Shown here: in pieces, positions 25,519 through 34,920 of the stretch
Numbering within the stretch: position 1 is the stretch's first letter
Layout: every line of letters starts with the position of its first letter
IMG/VR virus record: IMGVR_UViG_3300020325_000026
Coordinates: 1-47,080 of that record
Reading direction: 5' to 3' (one strand)
DNA from: a virus
Taxonomy: Duplodnaviria > Caudoviricetes
DNA length: 47,080 bases
Notes under the pieces: generated by a model
Databases searched by the model: none
What the model was told of the DNA's origin: nothing
What the model saw: the letters and a program-made list of their open reading frames with translations, nothing else
Program-made: the position numbers and the translations under genes

Positions 25519-25525
25519 TATTTAT
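25519..25525 (-). promoter_or_regulatory. T4-type late promoter (cATAAATA)
   Basis: Overlaps the pcyA stop codon. Confidence 0.6.
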
Positions 25526-26208
25526 GGTTCGTCGAATAAGATCTTATTGATATAGTCATCTGCCCACTTATCACCAAAATACTTGGCAAGAATGCGCCGA
25601 GTCTTATCATTTAGTTTCTGTTTCTTACAGTATAATACCTGTCCTTCGTTTCTTTTCTCTGCTCTATTGTAATCAATAGTTCCTTTCCACACAGCACCAA
25701 CAAATGCATCTAGGTACTGGTCAACAACCTGACAGAAGAGAGTTCTTTCTTCGTCGTCTTCTAGACGAGCAAACTTACAGTAAGGTGAGAAGATTTCACC
25801 CCATGCAGGAACATCTCTATTCTTTTTAAAGTTATAGAACCTGCTGATATCAGCAATACTATCATAGACAGGTGTCATAAGACCATCTACTGGAGAGATA
25901 TCAGTGATAGCAGCACTAACAGTATTGTTGACAGCGACAATATCTGCACCAAAAATAGGCAGATCAAAGTCTGGATCAGGATACCAGATACAATGGAGAA
26001 TATCTAGTGGTCCTAGAGTGGCAGTTTCTAGGTGTACCTTACGTAGTCCAGTACAACTGAACATTTCATTATGGATGTTGAGATTACCATCTTCAGTTTC
26101 TTTATAAACCTTATGAAAGTCTTCATCAACATCCATTGGTTCTACACACGGTAGAGTTTTCTGATGCTTACGAATAATTTGTGCAAGATCATCAATAATT
26201 AGTCCCAT
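25522..26208 (-). CDS. pcyA: Phycocyanobilin:ferredoxin oxidoreductase
   Basis: RKVHLE...LDILHC...P..DLPIFGADIV (PcyA-type Glu/His/Asp), WGEIFS, YC..Q..NDKTRRIL. Confidence 0.85.
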   Translation of the reverse strand: MGLIIDDLAQIIRKHQKTLPCVEPMDVDEDFHKVYKETEDGNLNIHNEMFSCTGLRKVHLETATLGPLDILHCIWYPDPDFDLPIFGADIVAVNNTVSAAITDISPVDGLMTPVYDSIADISRFYNFKKNRDVPAWGEIFSPYCKFARLEDDEERTLFCQVVDQYLDAFVGAVWKGTIDYNRAEKRNEGQVLYCKKQKLNDKTRRILAKYFGDKWADDYINKILFDEP

Positions 26209-26356
26209 GGATCTGGTATTTGAAGTACATTGCGCTTAGGAACCACGCCTCGCTTAGAGACTGTGGTCCCCTCATGATCACCTCTGCTTGTTTGGTGGTC
26301 ACGTTTGGATCCTGTAGTGCTTTTACCTTCCAACCAGGCAAAGAATCTTTCGTCAT
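26192..26356 (-). CDS. Small 54-aa hypothetical protein (not in the ORF track)
   Basis: ATGA overlap with the nrdB stop; MTKDSLPGWKVKALQDPNVTTKQAEVIMRGPQSLSEAWFLSAMYFKYQIHGTNY*. Confidence 0.65.
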   Translation of the reverse strand: MTKDSLPGWKVKALQDPNVTTKQAEVIMRGPQSLSEAWFLSAMYFKYQIHGTNY

Positions 26357-27537
26357 AACTGGAAACCAGCGAACGTATCTTTTTCAACATCTTGTTTAAT
26401 GCTCCCGATTAGATAGGACTCAACTTCTGTCTCCTGTGGTGCTACTTGCATACCCTTAGAGGATAACCAATGCTCTGTCCACGGGAGAGGATTATTGTTG
26501 ATAGGAGTATCGAAGATTGCTTTCATACCAATCGATTTAAGACGACGATTAGCAGTCCATTCAACATACTTAGAGAGGAGTTTATCATTGAGACCGATGA
26601 TGGATCCATCCTTAAACAGATACTCTGCCCAATCTTTCTCCTCTTGTACAGTATTCATGAACATCTGATAAACGTTATCACGTTCTTCTTCAGCAATCTT
26701 CTGCATATCAGGGTCATCACCATTTGCCCAGTTCTTAAGAATGTTCATGGTGATAGTCATGTGTTGTGACTCATCTCTTGCAATAAGTCCGATGATCTTA
26801 GCACTCCCTTCCAAGAGTTTAAGTTCACCAAATGCGAAAGAACAAGCAAACGACACATAAAATCTAATTCCCTCAAGGATATAGACGTTTGCGACTGCCT
26901 TATATAGTTTTCTTTTTAGTTCATAGAGTTCGTCTTGTGCTACTGGAACTTCTTCCAAAGCATGTTCCCACATTCTACCAGCACCCCACTCCTGTGCTGC
27001 CTGTAGGAACTCATCATATGCCTCTGTAACGGACTGTGCCCGTGCAAGGATACGATCATCCTCCAAGATCTTATCAAAGACATCAGAAGGGTCTGAGTAC
27101 ACGTTCTTGATGATGTGAGTATATGACCTGCTATGGATCATCTCCATAGTTTGCCAGATATTCATACACCCTTCGAGTTCAGGTAGAGAACAGAAAGGTG
27201 CAAAAGCAATGCCAGGACCACGCCCTTGTACACTATCCAATAGAATTTGGTATTTAAGATTCGACGTGAAAATATGTTTCTGAGCATCATTTAGAGTTTG
27301 GTAATCAGCACGATCCTTCTGAAGAGATACCTCTTCTGGACGCCAAAAATATCCAAGTTGTTGTTGTGTAAGTTTATCAAAGACAGGATATCTAAACTTA
27401 TCATATCTCTGGACCCCAAGTGGGGGTCCAAAGAACATCTTCTGTTTTGTACTATCGACGATATCCGTATTGAATACCGTCATTCCTTTTACTTTAGTAC
27501 GCATGGGATCGTTGGTTCTAAATTTTGCAGCTGTCAC
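26353..27537 (-). CDS. nrdB: Class Ia ribonucleotide reductase beta subunit
   Basis: FWRPEEV, LLDSVQGR, EMIHSRSY (radical Tyr), LEGIRFYVSF, RDESQH, APQETEVESY. Confidence 0.97.
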   Translation of the reverse strand: MTAAKFRTNDPMRTKVKGMTVFNTDIVDSTKQKMFFGPPLGVQRYDKFRYPVFDKLTQQQLGYFWRPEEVSLQKDRADYQTLNDAQKHIFTSNLKYQILLDSVQGRGPGIAFAPFCSLPELEGCMNIWQTMEMIHSRSYTHIIKNVYSDPSDVFDKILEDDRILARAQSVTEAYDEFLQAAQEWGAGRMWEHALEEVPVAQDELYELKRKLYKAVANVYILEGIRFYVSFACSFAFGELKLLEGSAKIIGLIARDESQHMTITMNILKNWANGDDPDMQKIAEEERDNVYQMFMNTVQEEKDWAEYLFKDGSIIGLNDKLLSKYVEWTANRRLKSIGMKAIFDTPINNNPLPWTEHWLSSKGMQVAPQETEVESYLIGSIKQDVEKDTFAGFQL

Positions 27538-29839
27538 AGTCGTCTTCCTCGCTCTCTAGAATTTGTGTTAGTAAGTCTTCGATTGATTCTTTTTTCTCCT
27601 CTGTAAGTTGTGGTTCTTCTTCCTTCTGATCGTATGTGTTTTGATAGTAGGAAGTTTTCCAACCATATTTGAATGTCTTCAGAAGATCACCTGCCATGAC
27701 AGAAACTGGCACCTCATTGTTATCATAATTCTCTGGGTTGTAACTCCAGTTGCCTGAAATTGCTTGGTCAAAGAATTTTTGCATGGCAGCGATGACTTTG
27801 ATGTAACCATCATTGTCTTTCATCTCCCACAACAACGTGTAATTGTTCTTCAGTGTGGTGAACTGTGGAACAATCTGCTTAAGAGGTCCCTTCTTCGATT
27901 TTTTAACGGACAAGTATCCTCTAGGCGGTTCGATTCCGTTTGTGGCATTTGACACAACGGAACTGCTCTCTGAAGGCATTTGTGCGGACAGAGTGCTGTG
28001 TCTGAGTCCTGACTCCAAGATAGATGCTCTAAGACTTTCCCAATCATAGTTCAATTCTGCTCCACAGAACTCATCGATGTCACGCTTGTAAGTGTCGATA
28101 GGGAGAATACCGTCTGCATACTTGGTGCGATGGAAAGCTTCACATGCCCCTTTTTCTTGGGCGATTGTATTACTGGATCTGAGTAGATAATACTGGAAAG
28201 CTTCAGACAAGTCGTGGACGAGTTTCCATGCTCGTTTGTCATCGTAGTGTTCTCCTTGCTTAGCGAGGTAATGTGCCAGTCCAATGTAACCAATACCAAG
28301 AGAACGACGGGCAAGTGTAGAACGTTCCGCTGCTTGTACAGGGTAGTTCTGATAATCAATAAGTTCCTCTAGACCACGGACTGCTAGGTCACAGAGACTT
28401 TCCAACTCATCCAACTTATTGATCTTGCCCACGTTAATAGCAGAGAGAATGCACAAAGCAATCTCCCCATCACGATCATCAATATGATTAATAGGATCTG
28501 TCGGGAGAGTAATTTCCTGACAGAGGTTACTCATATTTACCTTATCAAGGAAAGATGAATGTGAGTTGCAATGGTCGATGTTCATGATGTACAAACGACC
28601 AGTTTCTGCTCTCTCCTTCAGGAGGTCGAGAACAAGTGCCTGAGCTTTGACAGTCTTCTTTTTAATGTGTCCATCAGATTCATAACGCTTATAGAGATCA
28701 TCAAAAGCGTCAGTCCCAAAAGCATCGTACAGACCTGGGACATCTTTAGGTGAGAATAGGCTGATGTCTCCATCCGCAATGAATCTCTCGTAGAAGAGTT
28801 TTGAGATTTGGATACTGTAGTCGAGTTTTCTGACACGATTATCCTCCGTTCCTTTATTATTCTTAAGAACAATAATATCTTCTATTTCTTGGTGCCAGAT
28901 GGGGAAGTGGACTGTCGCGCTTCCACCTCGGATGCCATTTTGAGTGCAGCATCTGACAGTTGACTCAAACTTTTTGAGAAATGGAACAACGCCTGTATGC
29001 TGAACTTCACCGCCCCTGATCTTGCTGTTGATGCCACGGATCCTGCCTGCGTTGATGCCGATTCCAGCCCTTTGTGAAACATAGTAACCAATAGCCATGT
29101 CAGAACTAAAGATGCTATCGAGGGTGTCATCAATATCAACAAGAACACAGCTCGCAAATTGTCGAAGTGGAGTTCGCACCCCTGCCATGATAGGTGTGGG
29201 AATGTTGATTTTATGTTTGCTGATTGCGTCGTAGTATTTTCGGACATAATCGAGTCTTGTCTCCTTTGGATAATTTTGGAACAATGTCACTGCGATCATG
29301 ATGTACATGTATTGAGGTGTCTCAAATACCTCTCCTCCACTACGATCTTGAACAAGATACTTATCTGTTACTTGACGTAGACCTGCATAGGTGAAAAGGT
29401 AGTCGCGACCATGATCAATAAACGTATCAATCTTGTCCCACTCTTCCATTGTATACTTATCCATGATCTCATCATCATAGACACATCTCGATACACAATT
29501 TGTTGCATGGTCATGCACGGATGGATATCCCTTTACCCAATGTGCTCCAAAGACCTGCTTGTACAGACCATACAAAAGCAGACGTGCAGCAGCGAATTGG
29601 TAGTTAGGAGTTTCAAGACTAATCAGGTCACTAGCAGAACGCACAAGGATCTCCTGAATGTCCTTAGTCTCGATACCATCGAAGAACTGCAGACCCGAAT
29701 TCATTTCGATCTGAGAGGCGCTTACACCGCTCCCCAGACCCTCGCATGCCTCTTCTACTACCTTGTGGATCTTCTCAAGGTTCAGACCCTCTACAGCGCC
29801 ATTACGCTTCTTTACTTTGATACCAACTCCGTTTGTCAT
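27518..29839 (-). CDS. nrdA: Class Ia ribonucleotide reductase alpha subunit
   Basis: ATP-cone VKKRNG, PTPIMAG, FASC, SNLCQEI, KTSYY, C-terminal CDSC; no intein-sized insertion. Confidence 0.97.
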   Translation of the reverse strand: MTNGVGIKVKKRNGAVEGLNLEKIHKVVEEACEGLGSGVSASQIEMNSGLQFFDGIETKDIQEILVRSASDLISLETPNYQFAAARLLLYGLYKQVFGAHWVKGYPSVHDHATNCVSRCVYDDEIMDKYTMEEWDKIDTFIDHGRDYLFTYAGLRQVTDKYLVQDRSGGEVFETPQYMYIMIAVTLFQNYPKETRLDYVRKYYDAISKHKINIPTPIMAGVRTPLRQFASCVLVDIDDTLDSIFSSDMAIGYYVSQRAGIGINAGRIRGINSKIRGGEVQHTGVVPFLKKFESTVRCCTQNGIRGGSATVHFPIWHQEIEDIIVLKNNKGTEDNRVRKLDYSIQISKLFYERFIADGDISLFSPKDVPGLYDAFGTDAFDDLYKRYESDGHIKKKTVKAQALVLDLLKERAETGRLYIMNIDHCNSHSSFLDKVNMSNLCQEITLPTDPINHIDDRDGEIALCILSAINVGKINKLDELESLCDLAVRGLEELIDYQNYPVQAAERSTLARRSLGIGYIGLAHYLAKQGEHYDDKRAWKLVHDLSEAFQYYLLRSSNTIAQEKGACEAFHRTKYADGILPIDTYKRDIDEFCGAELNYDWESLRASILESGLRHSTLSAQMPSESSSVVSNATNGIEPPRGYLSVKKSKKGPLKQIVPQFTTLKNNYTLLWEMKDNDGYIKVIAAMQKFFDQAISGNWSYNPENYDNNEVPVSVMAGDLLKTFKYGWKTSYYQNTYDQKEEEPQLTEEKKESIEDLLTQILESEEDDCDSCKI

Positions 29840-30825
29840 ACTTTTTTCCAATCGTTAAATTTTAGGGTTGCAGTTAATCCCTGATAGACGTTTGAGTCTA
29901 CCAGAGTTTGAACATCATGTCCAGCAAGATGCATGTCATTGATGTCTTTCTGTTGTATTTTTTGAGGCCAGATGACTACTTTGTCTCCTCTATCGATGAC
30001 TTTGGAGATTCTGTTAACGATTTCTCTGTTACGTGGTTCGTTATCAAAAACCCAAATATGATCGCTCCAACCAAACGTCCGAACATCAGCATCGGACCCA
30101 GCCATAGCAACCGAGTTTTCCAAGAAGATTGAGTCAAATGGTCCCTCTACAATAAATACGGGTTTGTCGTTTTTTATTCTATCCAGTCCGAAGATCTTTG
30201 GGTGTTCTTCGTCGAGCATGATCGTGATGTATCTTAGTTTTGCCTTAGGGGCGAGCGATCTGCCTTGGTATCCAAACAGGTTACCGTTTTTGTCTCGGAA
30301 TGGAATGATAATACGGTCAGAATCTTGTCTGAGATTGTCAAACATCTTCTTTTGTTCATTTGTCCAAGCCTTAAACTTGGGACAATAATAGAAGTAATTT
30401 AGATCTTTGATTCCTCTCTGTTCAAGATAGTGACGCGCAGGGTGAGAAATATTTAGCGAAGAAATCTTCTCTAAATCAACATCACTCTTATTAAATTTTG
30501 GTTCCCTGAAATTAAACTTGGGATTAGGTACGGTAGTTCCTTTTCCAGTCCTACCATCCTTGAATTTCTCCATGACATATTGATCATGCAAGAAACTATC
30601 CTGATCTTTCAGAAAATTAGACAGTGTTCTACCCATGCCACAGTTGTGACACTTGAACACGAAGTCCGCTTTTATCTTAAAAAGATATCCCCTCGCCTTA
30701 TTACGTCTCTTCTGTGAGTCACCGCAATAAGGACACCTGAAATTATACAGATCTGCCTTCTTACGTGAGAAGAGGTTAAGACGAGGGGATATTAGATTGA
30801 TGTACTTAACGTCAAGATAACTCAA
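29836..30825 (-). CDS. gp61: T4-like DNA primase
   Basis: NFRCPYCGDS...FKCHNC Zn ribbon; VEGPFDS TOPRIM; DNEPRN; KDIND. Confidence 0.95.
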   Translation of the reverse strand: MSYLDVKYINLISPRLNLFSRKKADLYNFRCPYCGDSQKRRNKARGYLFKIKADFVFKCHNCGMGRTLSNFLKDQDSFLHDQYVMEKFKDGRTGKGTTVPNPKFNFREPKFNKSDVDLEKISSLNISHPARHYLEQRGIKDLNYFYYCPKFKAWTNEQKKMFDNLRQDSDRIIIPFRDKNGNLFGYQGRSLAPKAKLRYITIMLDEEHPKIFGLDRIKNDKPVFIVEGPFDSIFLENSVAMAGSDADVRTFGWSDHIWVFDNEPRNREIVNRISKVIDRGDKVVIWPQKIQQKDINDMHLAGHDVQTLVDSNVYQGLTATLKFNDWKKV

Positions 30826-31246
30826 TACGAGGCATTTCTACTGCTGGTATAGTAGCAGCTGTTGACGCAGGTGTCAATGTTTTAAGAACAGGTGGTAACA
30901 CTTGTAAGACTGTCACAAGGGTCGCAAGCACAGCGCCTGCACCTATCACAAACTTAGCATTGACATCTACCTTCTTCTGAAGGGCAGAAACTCTGTTATG
31001 AATTAGTTCGTTATCCTTTTCATGTCGTTCTTTCATCTCCTCAAGCATCTTGAGGATCAATTGATCAGCACGTTCGCTTTCATCCAAACGTCCTTCATGG
31101 CGCTCCAATATAATAGCAATCTTATTGCTATTTTCTGAGATAGTCCCGACTGCTTTTTCTAGTTTGTCAAGCATCTCTTTAGAGAGATCTTCATAAATTC
31201 CCAGTTTGCTCTCTAGGACTGCTAATTTACCAAGACCCCAAGCCAT
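30812..31246 (-). CDS. Coiled-coil protein with C-terminal TM segment
   Basis: Heptad-rich helix followed by FVIGAGAVLATLVTVL. Confidence 0.75.
   Translation of the reverse strand: MAWGLGKLAVLESKLGIYEDLSKEMLDKLEKAVGTISENSNKIAIILERHEGRLDESERADQLILKMLEEMKERHEKDNELIHNRVSALQKKVDVNAKFVIGAGAVLATLVTVLQVLPPVLKTLTPASTAATIPAVEMPRIELS
30849..30877 (-). promoter_or_regulatory. Sigma70-type promoter TTGACA-17-TACTAT (extended -10) for primase-nrdAB-pcyA
   Basis: -35 at 30872-30877, -10 at 30849-30854, 24 nt before the primase start. Confidence 0.75.
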
Positions 31247-31962
31247 CAGACATTCCTTACTGCGAAATCAAGAGCAGACTGGTAACTACCAGCGTCTTTG
31301 TTGAGCATGTACTGGAACTGCTGCTTGTGAGTATCATCTAGTTGTGCATAACATGCAGCGATACGCTTAGCAGAATAGTTATCCAGATTTTGTACGCCAC
31401 CATCCGAGAATTGGATCTTTGCGAATGATGCTTCACCCTGTGGATTGAGTTCAGCAGTTGCAACGTCGAGTGCAACTTGGATCACGTCTTGGTTTTCAGT
31501 CATAATTTCACCACTTGGTTCATAAGAATTTTTTTGTTGGACTTTTTTAGTCTGGTCACTTGCTTTCTTTTTAAAGTCAGAAAGACGTGCCTTCATAAGA
31601 GTATCCATCTCTTTAGTTTTGTTCGTAAGTTTTTGCTTTGCTTCCTTACGCTTGTTCTGCATCTCCTTAGCACGGTTCATTTTTTTACCTTGCTGGATCT
31701 GCTTCTGTGCCCTCTCTGTATCGGACACAATTGCCTCATCAATTTGAGATTCTACTTGTTCTTTCATTTTTCTTTTGTTGATACGATTGAAGAGAGAGCG
31801 AGCGCCTTTAGTGCGCCCATCAATTTTATCTTGATTTGCCTTCTTGTACTTACGATGTTGACGTGGTTGCACAGTAACAAAAGCGGGTGGCAACTGGAGA
31901 CCAGATCCATCGCCCGCTGAGTTAATCTCTTCTTTTAGATTAGGTTCAGTTCTTTCAGACAT
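31246..31962 (-). CDS. Hypothetical protein (late block)
   Basis: 238 aa; IDGRTK motif, Lys/Gln-rich coil, C-terminal globular region. Confidence 0.75.
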   Translation of the reverse strand: MSERTEPNLKEEINSAGDGSGLQLPPAFVTVQPRQHRKYKKANQDKIDGRTKGARSLFNRINKRKMKEQVESQIDEAIVSDTERAQKQIQQGKKMNRAKEMQNKRKEAKQKLTNKTKEMDTLMKARLSDFKKKASDQTKKVQQKNSYEPSGEIMTENQDVIQVALDVATAELNPQGEASFAKIQFSDGGVQNLDNYSAKRIAACYAQLDDTHKQQFQYMLNKDAGSYQSALDFAVRNV

Positions 31963-32291
31963 TCCTCGTCAAAATCCTCAGTAATAGAAGGTGGTAATCT
32001 ATTTAGAAACAACATAAACGCCTTGATTTGAGACCAATACGTTGCTTCAACTTTGTAAAACAACAACGGAGTTGCTGCATCATCAAAGACATTATACAAT
32101 ACAATGATATGATTTAAGATCAAATGAGTCTTAAGTTCACCCGTCGTCTCATATCTCTTGAGCAGTCTTTTGATATACTTAAATCTCTTTAAGTCTTCTT
32201 CAAAGTCTGAGTAAGTCACAGACGACGGGTTATTATAATTTTGAATAGCAAAGAACAACCAGTTGTCTGGTGTCAATTCAGAAAAGTTCAT
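31935..32291 (-). CDS. T4-like phage conserved hypothetical protein
   Basis: F.EDLKRFKYIKRL...HLILNHIIVLYNVF pattern. Confidence 0.8.
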   Translation of the reverse strand: MNFSELTPDNWLFFAIQNYNNPSSVTYSDFEEDLKRFKYIKRLLKRYETTGELKTHLILNHIIVLYNVFDDAATPLLFYKVEATYWSQIKAFMLFLNRLPPSITEDFDEECLKELNLI

Positions 32292-32296
32292 TCAGA

Positions 32297-32875
32297 TCAG
32301 GCAGTGGTTACAACGGCAACATCAGAAATTAGTTCCTTAGCACCATTGGTGGAGTTGAGTTTGACACGATACGTGCCAGCATCACCTGCTGCATAAGTAG
32401 CAACTGTGTATGCTGCAGAAGTTGCACCAGAGATATTGCTATAACGGTTGCCAGACTTCTTCTGCCACTGATAGGTAACAACAGAGTTGTTGCCAGGTGG
32501 GGTTGCGGTTGCAACAACAGTGAGTTGTAACTGAGCGCCAACTGCAACAGAAGCATCTGCTGGTTGAGTACCGATAGCAAGAACGACATTAGCATCTGCT
32601 GCCTGAGCATCATCTGCCTGAGTCTCGTTAGCGTTGGTGTCGCCACCTGCAATGAAAACTAGTTGCTCTGCCTTATGGCGAGTAGCACCTGAGCTATCAG
32701 TATAGGTGTAGTAGGACCACCAACCAGGTGCGTTTAGACCACGCTCCTTGTTTGCTTCTAGTGCTGCCTCAGTTTCATCAATATAAATGGTTGTTTTTGC
32801 TTGACTTGACGCCGCAATGCCCACACCAGCTTTGGTTTTGTTTGCATTGCTGTCAGTTCTTCCGTAAAGGGACAT
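32297..32875 (-). CDS. Virion protein with C-terminal Ig-like domain (Hoc-like)
   Basis: IGTQPAD...LTVVA...TYQWQK...ISGATS..YTV...DAGTYRV; perfect late promoter upstream. Confidence 0.75.
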   Translation of the reverse strand: MSLYGRTDSNANKTKAGVGIAASSQAKTTIYIDETEAALEANKERGLNAPGWWSYYTYTDSSGATRHKAEQLVFIAGGDTNANETQADDAQAADANVVLAIGTQPADASVAVGAQLQLTVVATATPPGNNSVVTYQWQKKSGNRYSNISGATSAAYTVATYAAGDAGTYRVKLNSTNGAKELISDVAVVTTA

Positions 32876-32911
32876 TGACGTGTGCTCCGATATTTAATAT
32901 TATCTAAGATT

Positions 32912-32919
32912 TATTTATA
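32912..32919 (-). promoter_or_regulatory. T4 late promoter TATAAATA
   Basis: Perfect consensus; GGAG SD downstream. Confidence 0.8.
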
Positions 32920-32921
32920 TC

Positions 32922-33125
32922 TCAGGCTTCTTCGCGCTTCTGGATTGCCTGTTCGACAACTGCCAAGAGCTTATCATCCATGTCAGTCTTAGTAAGCTTT
33001 ACTGCTTTCTTAAGAATAACTAGACAAATTTCGATTAGTTTTTCGCCAAGTTCCTCGTTCTCAGGAATTTTAGCAACAGCATCAGAGATAATCTTTGATG
33101 CAAGTGGTAGTAGGAATCCTAACAT
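32922..33125 (-). CDS. Small amphipathic helical protein
   Basis: Start MLGFLLPLASK at 33125; T.T.MDD motif; ATAAATA at 33149-33155 upstream. Confidence 0.75.
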   Translation of the reverse strand: MLGFLLPLASKIISDAVAKIPENEELGEKLIEICLVILKKAVKLTKTDMDDKLLAVVEQAIQKREEA

Positions 33126-33151
33126 GATCTTACAACATAGTGCAAGACTAT

Positions 33152-33520
33152 TTATTTCTCCCACTCATCTAAGATATCTGTCAACTTAGAAAGAAATTGT
33201 TTAAACGTCAGTAAAGTTCCAGAACGATGATCACGACGTGCTTTTGCTACGCCACTCTCAAAAGTTTCTGTTTGAAGTTTCCTTTCCTCAATAGGATCGA
33301 ATCCTCTACCCTTTACAACTGCAGACCATGGAGCATACAGTGGACCTTGATAATTATTTGATTCATTCGTTGGTTTAGTGACCATTCCCTTCTTCCCATC
33401 ATTAATGACTGGCATGACTTCTACATTGCCACTCTTTTTATTTTTCAGTTTTTTAGATTTGGGTTCTTTCTTTTTGTCGTCACACCCACATTCCTCACGG
33501 AAGTCCCTGAATGATTTCAT
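33152..33520 (-). CDS. Putative internal head protein
   Basis: N-terminus MKSFRDFREE resembles the T4 capsid-targeting sequence. Confidence 0.65.
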   Translation of the reverse strand: MKSFRDFREECGCDDKKKEPKSKKLKNKKSGNVEVMPVINDGKKGMVTKPTNESNNYQGPLYAPWSAVVKGRGFDPIEERKLQTETFESGVAKARRDHRSGTLLTFKQFLSKLTDILDEWEK

Positions 33521-34128
33521 TTCTTGCCTTTCATTGAGATGATCTTAGAGACCTTCTTACGACGCATGTGTAGATACTTATCAGAACCATCTACATCACC
33601 ATCGTTGTCGATGTCCTTATCCTTACGCTCAGAGTGCTTACCCTTGAGTTCAGCGTGATTAACTTTATCGAGTTTCTTCTCTGCTAGTTCCTCACCTTCA
33701 TACTCAACACCTGCTTTCACACAGTTGTCAACAGTCTTGCCACCTTTCTTCTTAGTGCCAGCAAGCTTGTAACCTTTCCAGCATGCCTTACCATCTAGAC
33801 CCTTTGCTTTCTCGATGACATAGGTCTCACCATCGATTTCATACTCTTCTCTTTCGAGAACTTCTGATTCCTCATTCTTTGGTGATGATTCTTGACCGAC
33901 ATATCCACCTTTCTTGGTAGCACCTTTCTTGCGCTTAGTGGTGTCTTCGATCTCAGCACCATTAGACTGTGGTGCCATACCATCAAAAGGTGCTTCTGAT
34001 AAATGCAGATCGGGTGCTTCAGTATTCTGGAAGCAGTCACCATCCATCCATCTACCATATGATTCCATCAACCCAGACGAAAAATCGTCATTGCTGTTGA
34101 CGTTATTAACTGGCTTCTGATACTTCAT
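33517..34128 (-). CDS. Charged low-complexity protein, putative prohead core/internal protein
   Basis: CWKGY..GTKKKGGKTVDNCVK motif, DIDNDGDVD EF-hand-like motif, L-x-E sites; TATAAATA at 34156-34163 upstream. Confidence 0.7.
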   Translation of the reverse strand: MKYQKPVNNVNSNDDFSSGLMESYGRWMDGDCFQNTEAPDLHLSEAPFDGMAPQSNGAEIEDTTKRKKGATKKGGYVGQESSPKNEESEVLEREEYEIDGETYVIEKAKGLDGKACWKGYKLAGTKKKGGKTVDNCVKAGVEYEGEELAEKKLDKVNHAELKGKHSERKDKDIDNDGDVDGSDKYLHMRRKKVSKIISMKGKK

Positions 34129-34360
34129 CGTTCAATAAGGAGGTTCTTCTCGTATTATTTATAGATCTAATGTTCTTCATCCATTCTCTGAACATATCAC
34201 CATCTTCAGAAATAACGATAGCATAGTTGCCACCTACTCTATGGATATGTCCTTTGATTCCTGTGCGTGATGACATAACAGCATCACCTTCCTTGAATAC
34301 TTCTTCATGACGCTGCTGCTGACGCAGTGCTTCTTCACGTAGTTTCTTAAAGTCTTTCAT
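34106..34360 (-). CDS. Small SH3/KOW-like hypothetical protein
   Basis: MKDFKKLREE start; FKEGDAV...G.I.RVG.NY.IV. Confidence 0.7.
   Translation of the reverse strand: MKDFKKLREEALRQQQRHEEVFKEGDAVMSSRTGIKGHIHRVGGNYAIVISEDGDMFREWMKNIRSINNTRRTSLLNDEVSEAS
34156..34163 (-). promoter_or_regulatory. T4 late promoter TATAAATA
   Basis: Perfect consensus 28 nt before ATG at 34128. Confidence 0.7.
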
Positions 34361-34920
34361 GCATAATTATCGGGTAAAGCGTCTTTGATTTCTTCCATGA
34401 GAGCAGCACAATCTTTATCATTTAGTGCTCTAGGAATGCCAGAACGGAAAGTCTTAAAGTCAGACTTAGCAGCAGCACGTCTCATCTTTGTACCTGAGAT
34501 AGCAAACGTGTCACCGTCAGCATCCCTGCTACCAGAAGATCTGATTTCGATCTTCCTGAATGAGAAGTCTTTGCCGTTATATTTATGGAGGAACTGCATG
34601 GCAGAAACCCTGTCAGAACCTACCAAAAACACTACCTCATTATACCCTGCTAGCATTAGATCTTGCAAGATAGCAACAGGTTGTTTAGGACCAGAGAAGA
34701 TCTTACCACGATGTTCTGGGAACATCTTGTTCATGTAATATAATTTTCTATCAGGTGGCAATGGGTTGCTACCTTTCTTATCTACGGTCTGTGAAATATA
34801 GATGCGATAGTCATGGTTACCTGCCTCACGTTTCACACCTTTAAAATTTTCAGCATGTCCTGTGGTGGGTGGTTGGAACCTACCAAAAGTAAAGTAGCAA
34901 GTATTACAGTTTAACGCCAT
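34357..34920 (-). CDS. Cytidyltransferase-like nucleotidyltransferase (HIGH superfamily)
   Basis: FGRFQPPTTGH, NPL, VGSDR, ISGTKMR. Confidence 0.85.
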   Translation of the reverse strand: MALNCNTCYFTFGRFQPPTTGHAENFKGVKREAGNHDYRIYISQTVDKKGSNPLPPDRKLYYMNKMFPEHRGKIFSGPKQPVAILQDLMLAGYNEVVFLVGSDRVSAMQFLHKYNGKDFSFRKIEIRSSGSRDADGDTFAISGTKMRRAAAKSDFKTFRSGIPRALNDKDCAALMEEIKDALPDNYA

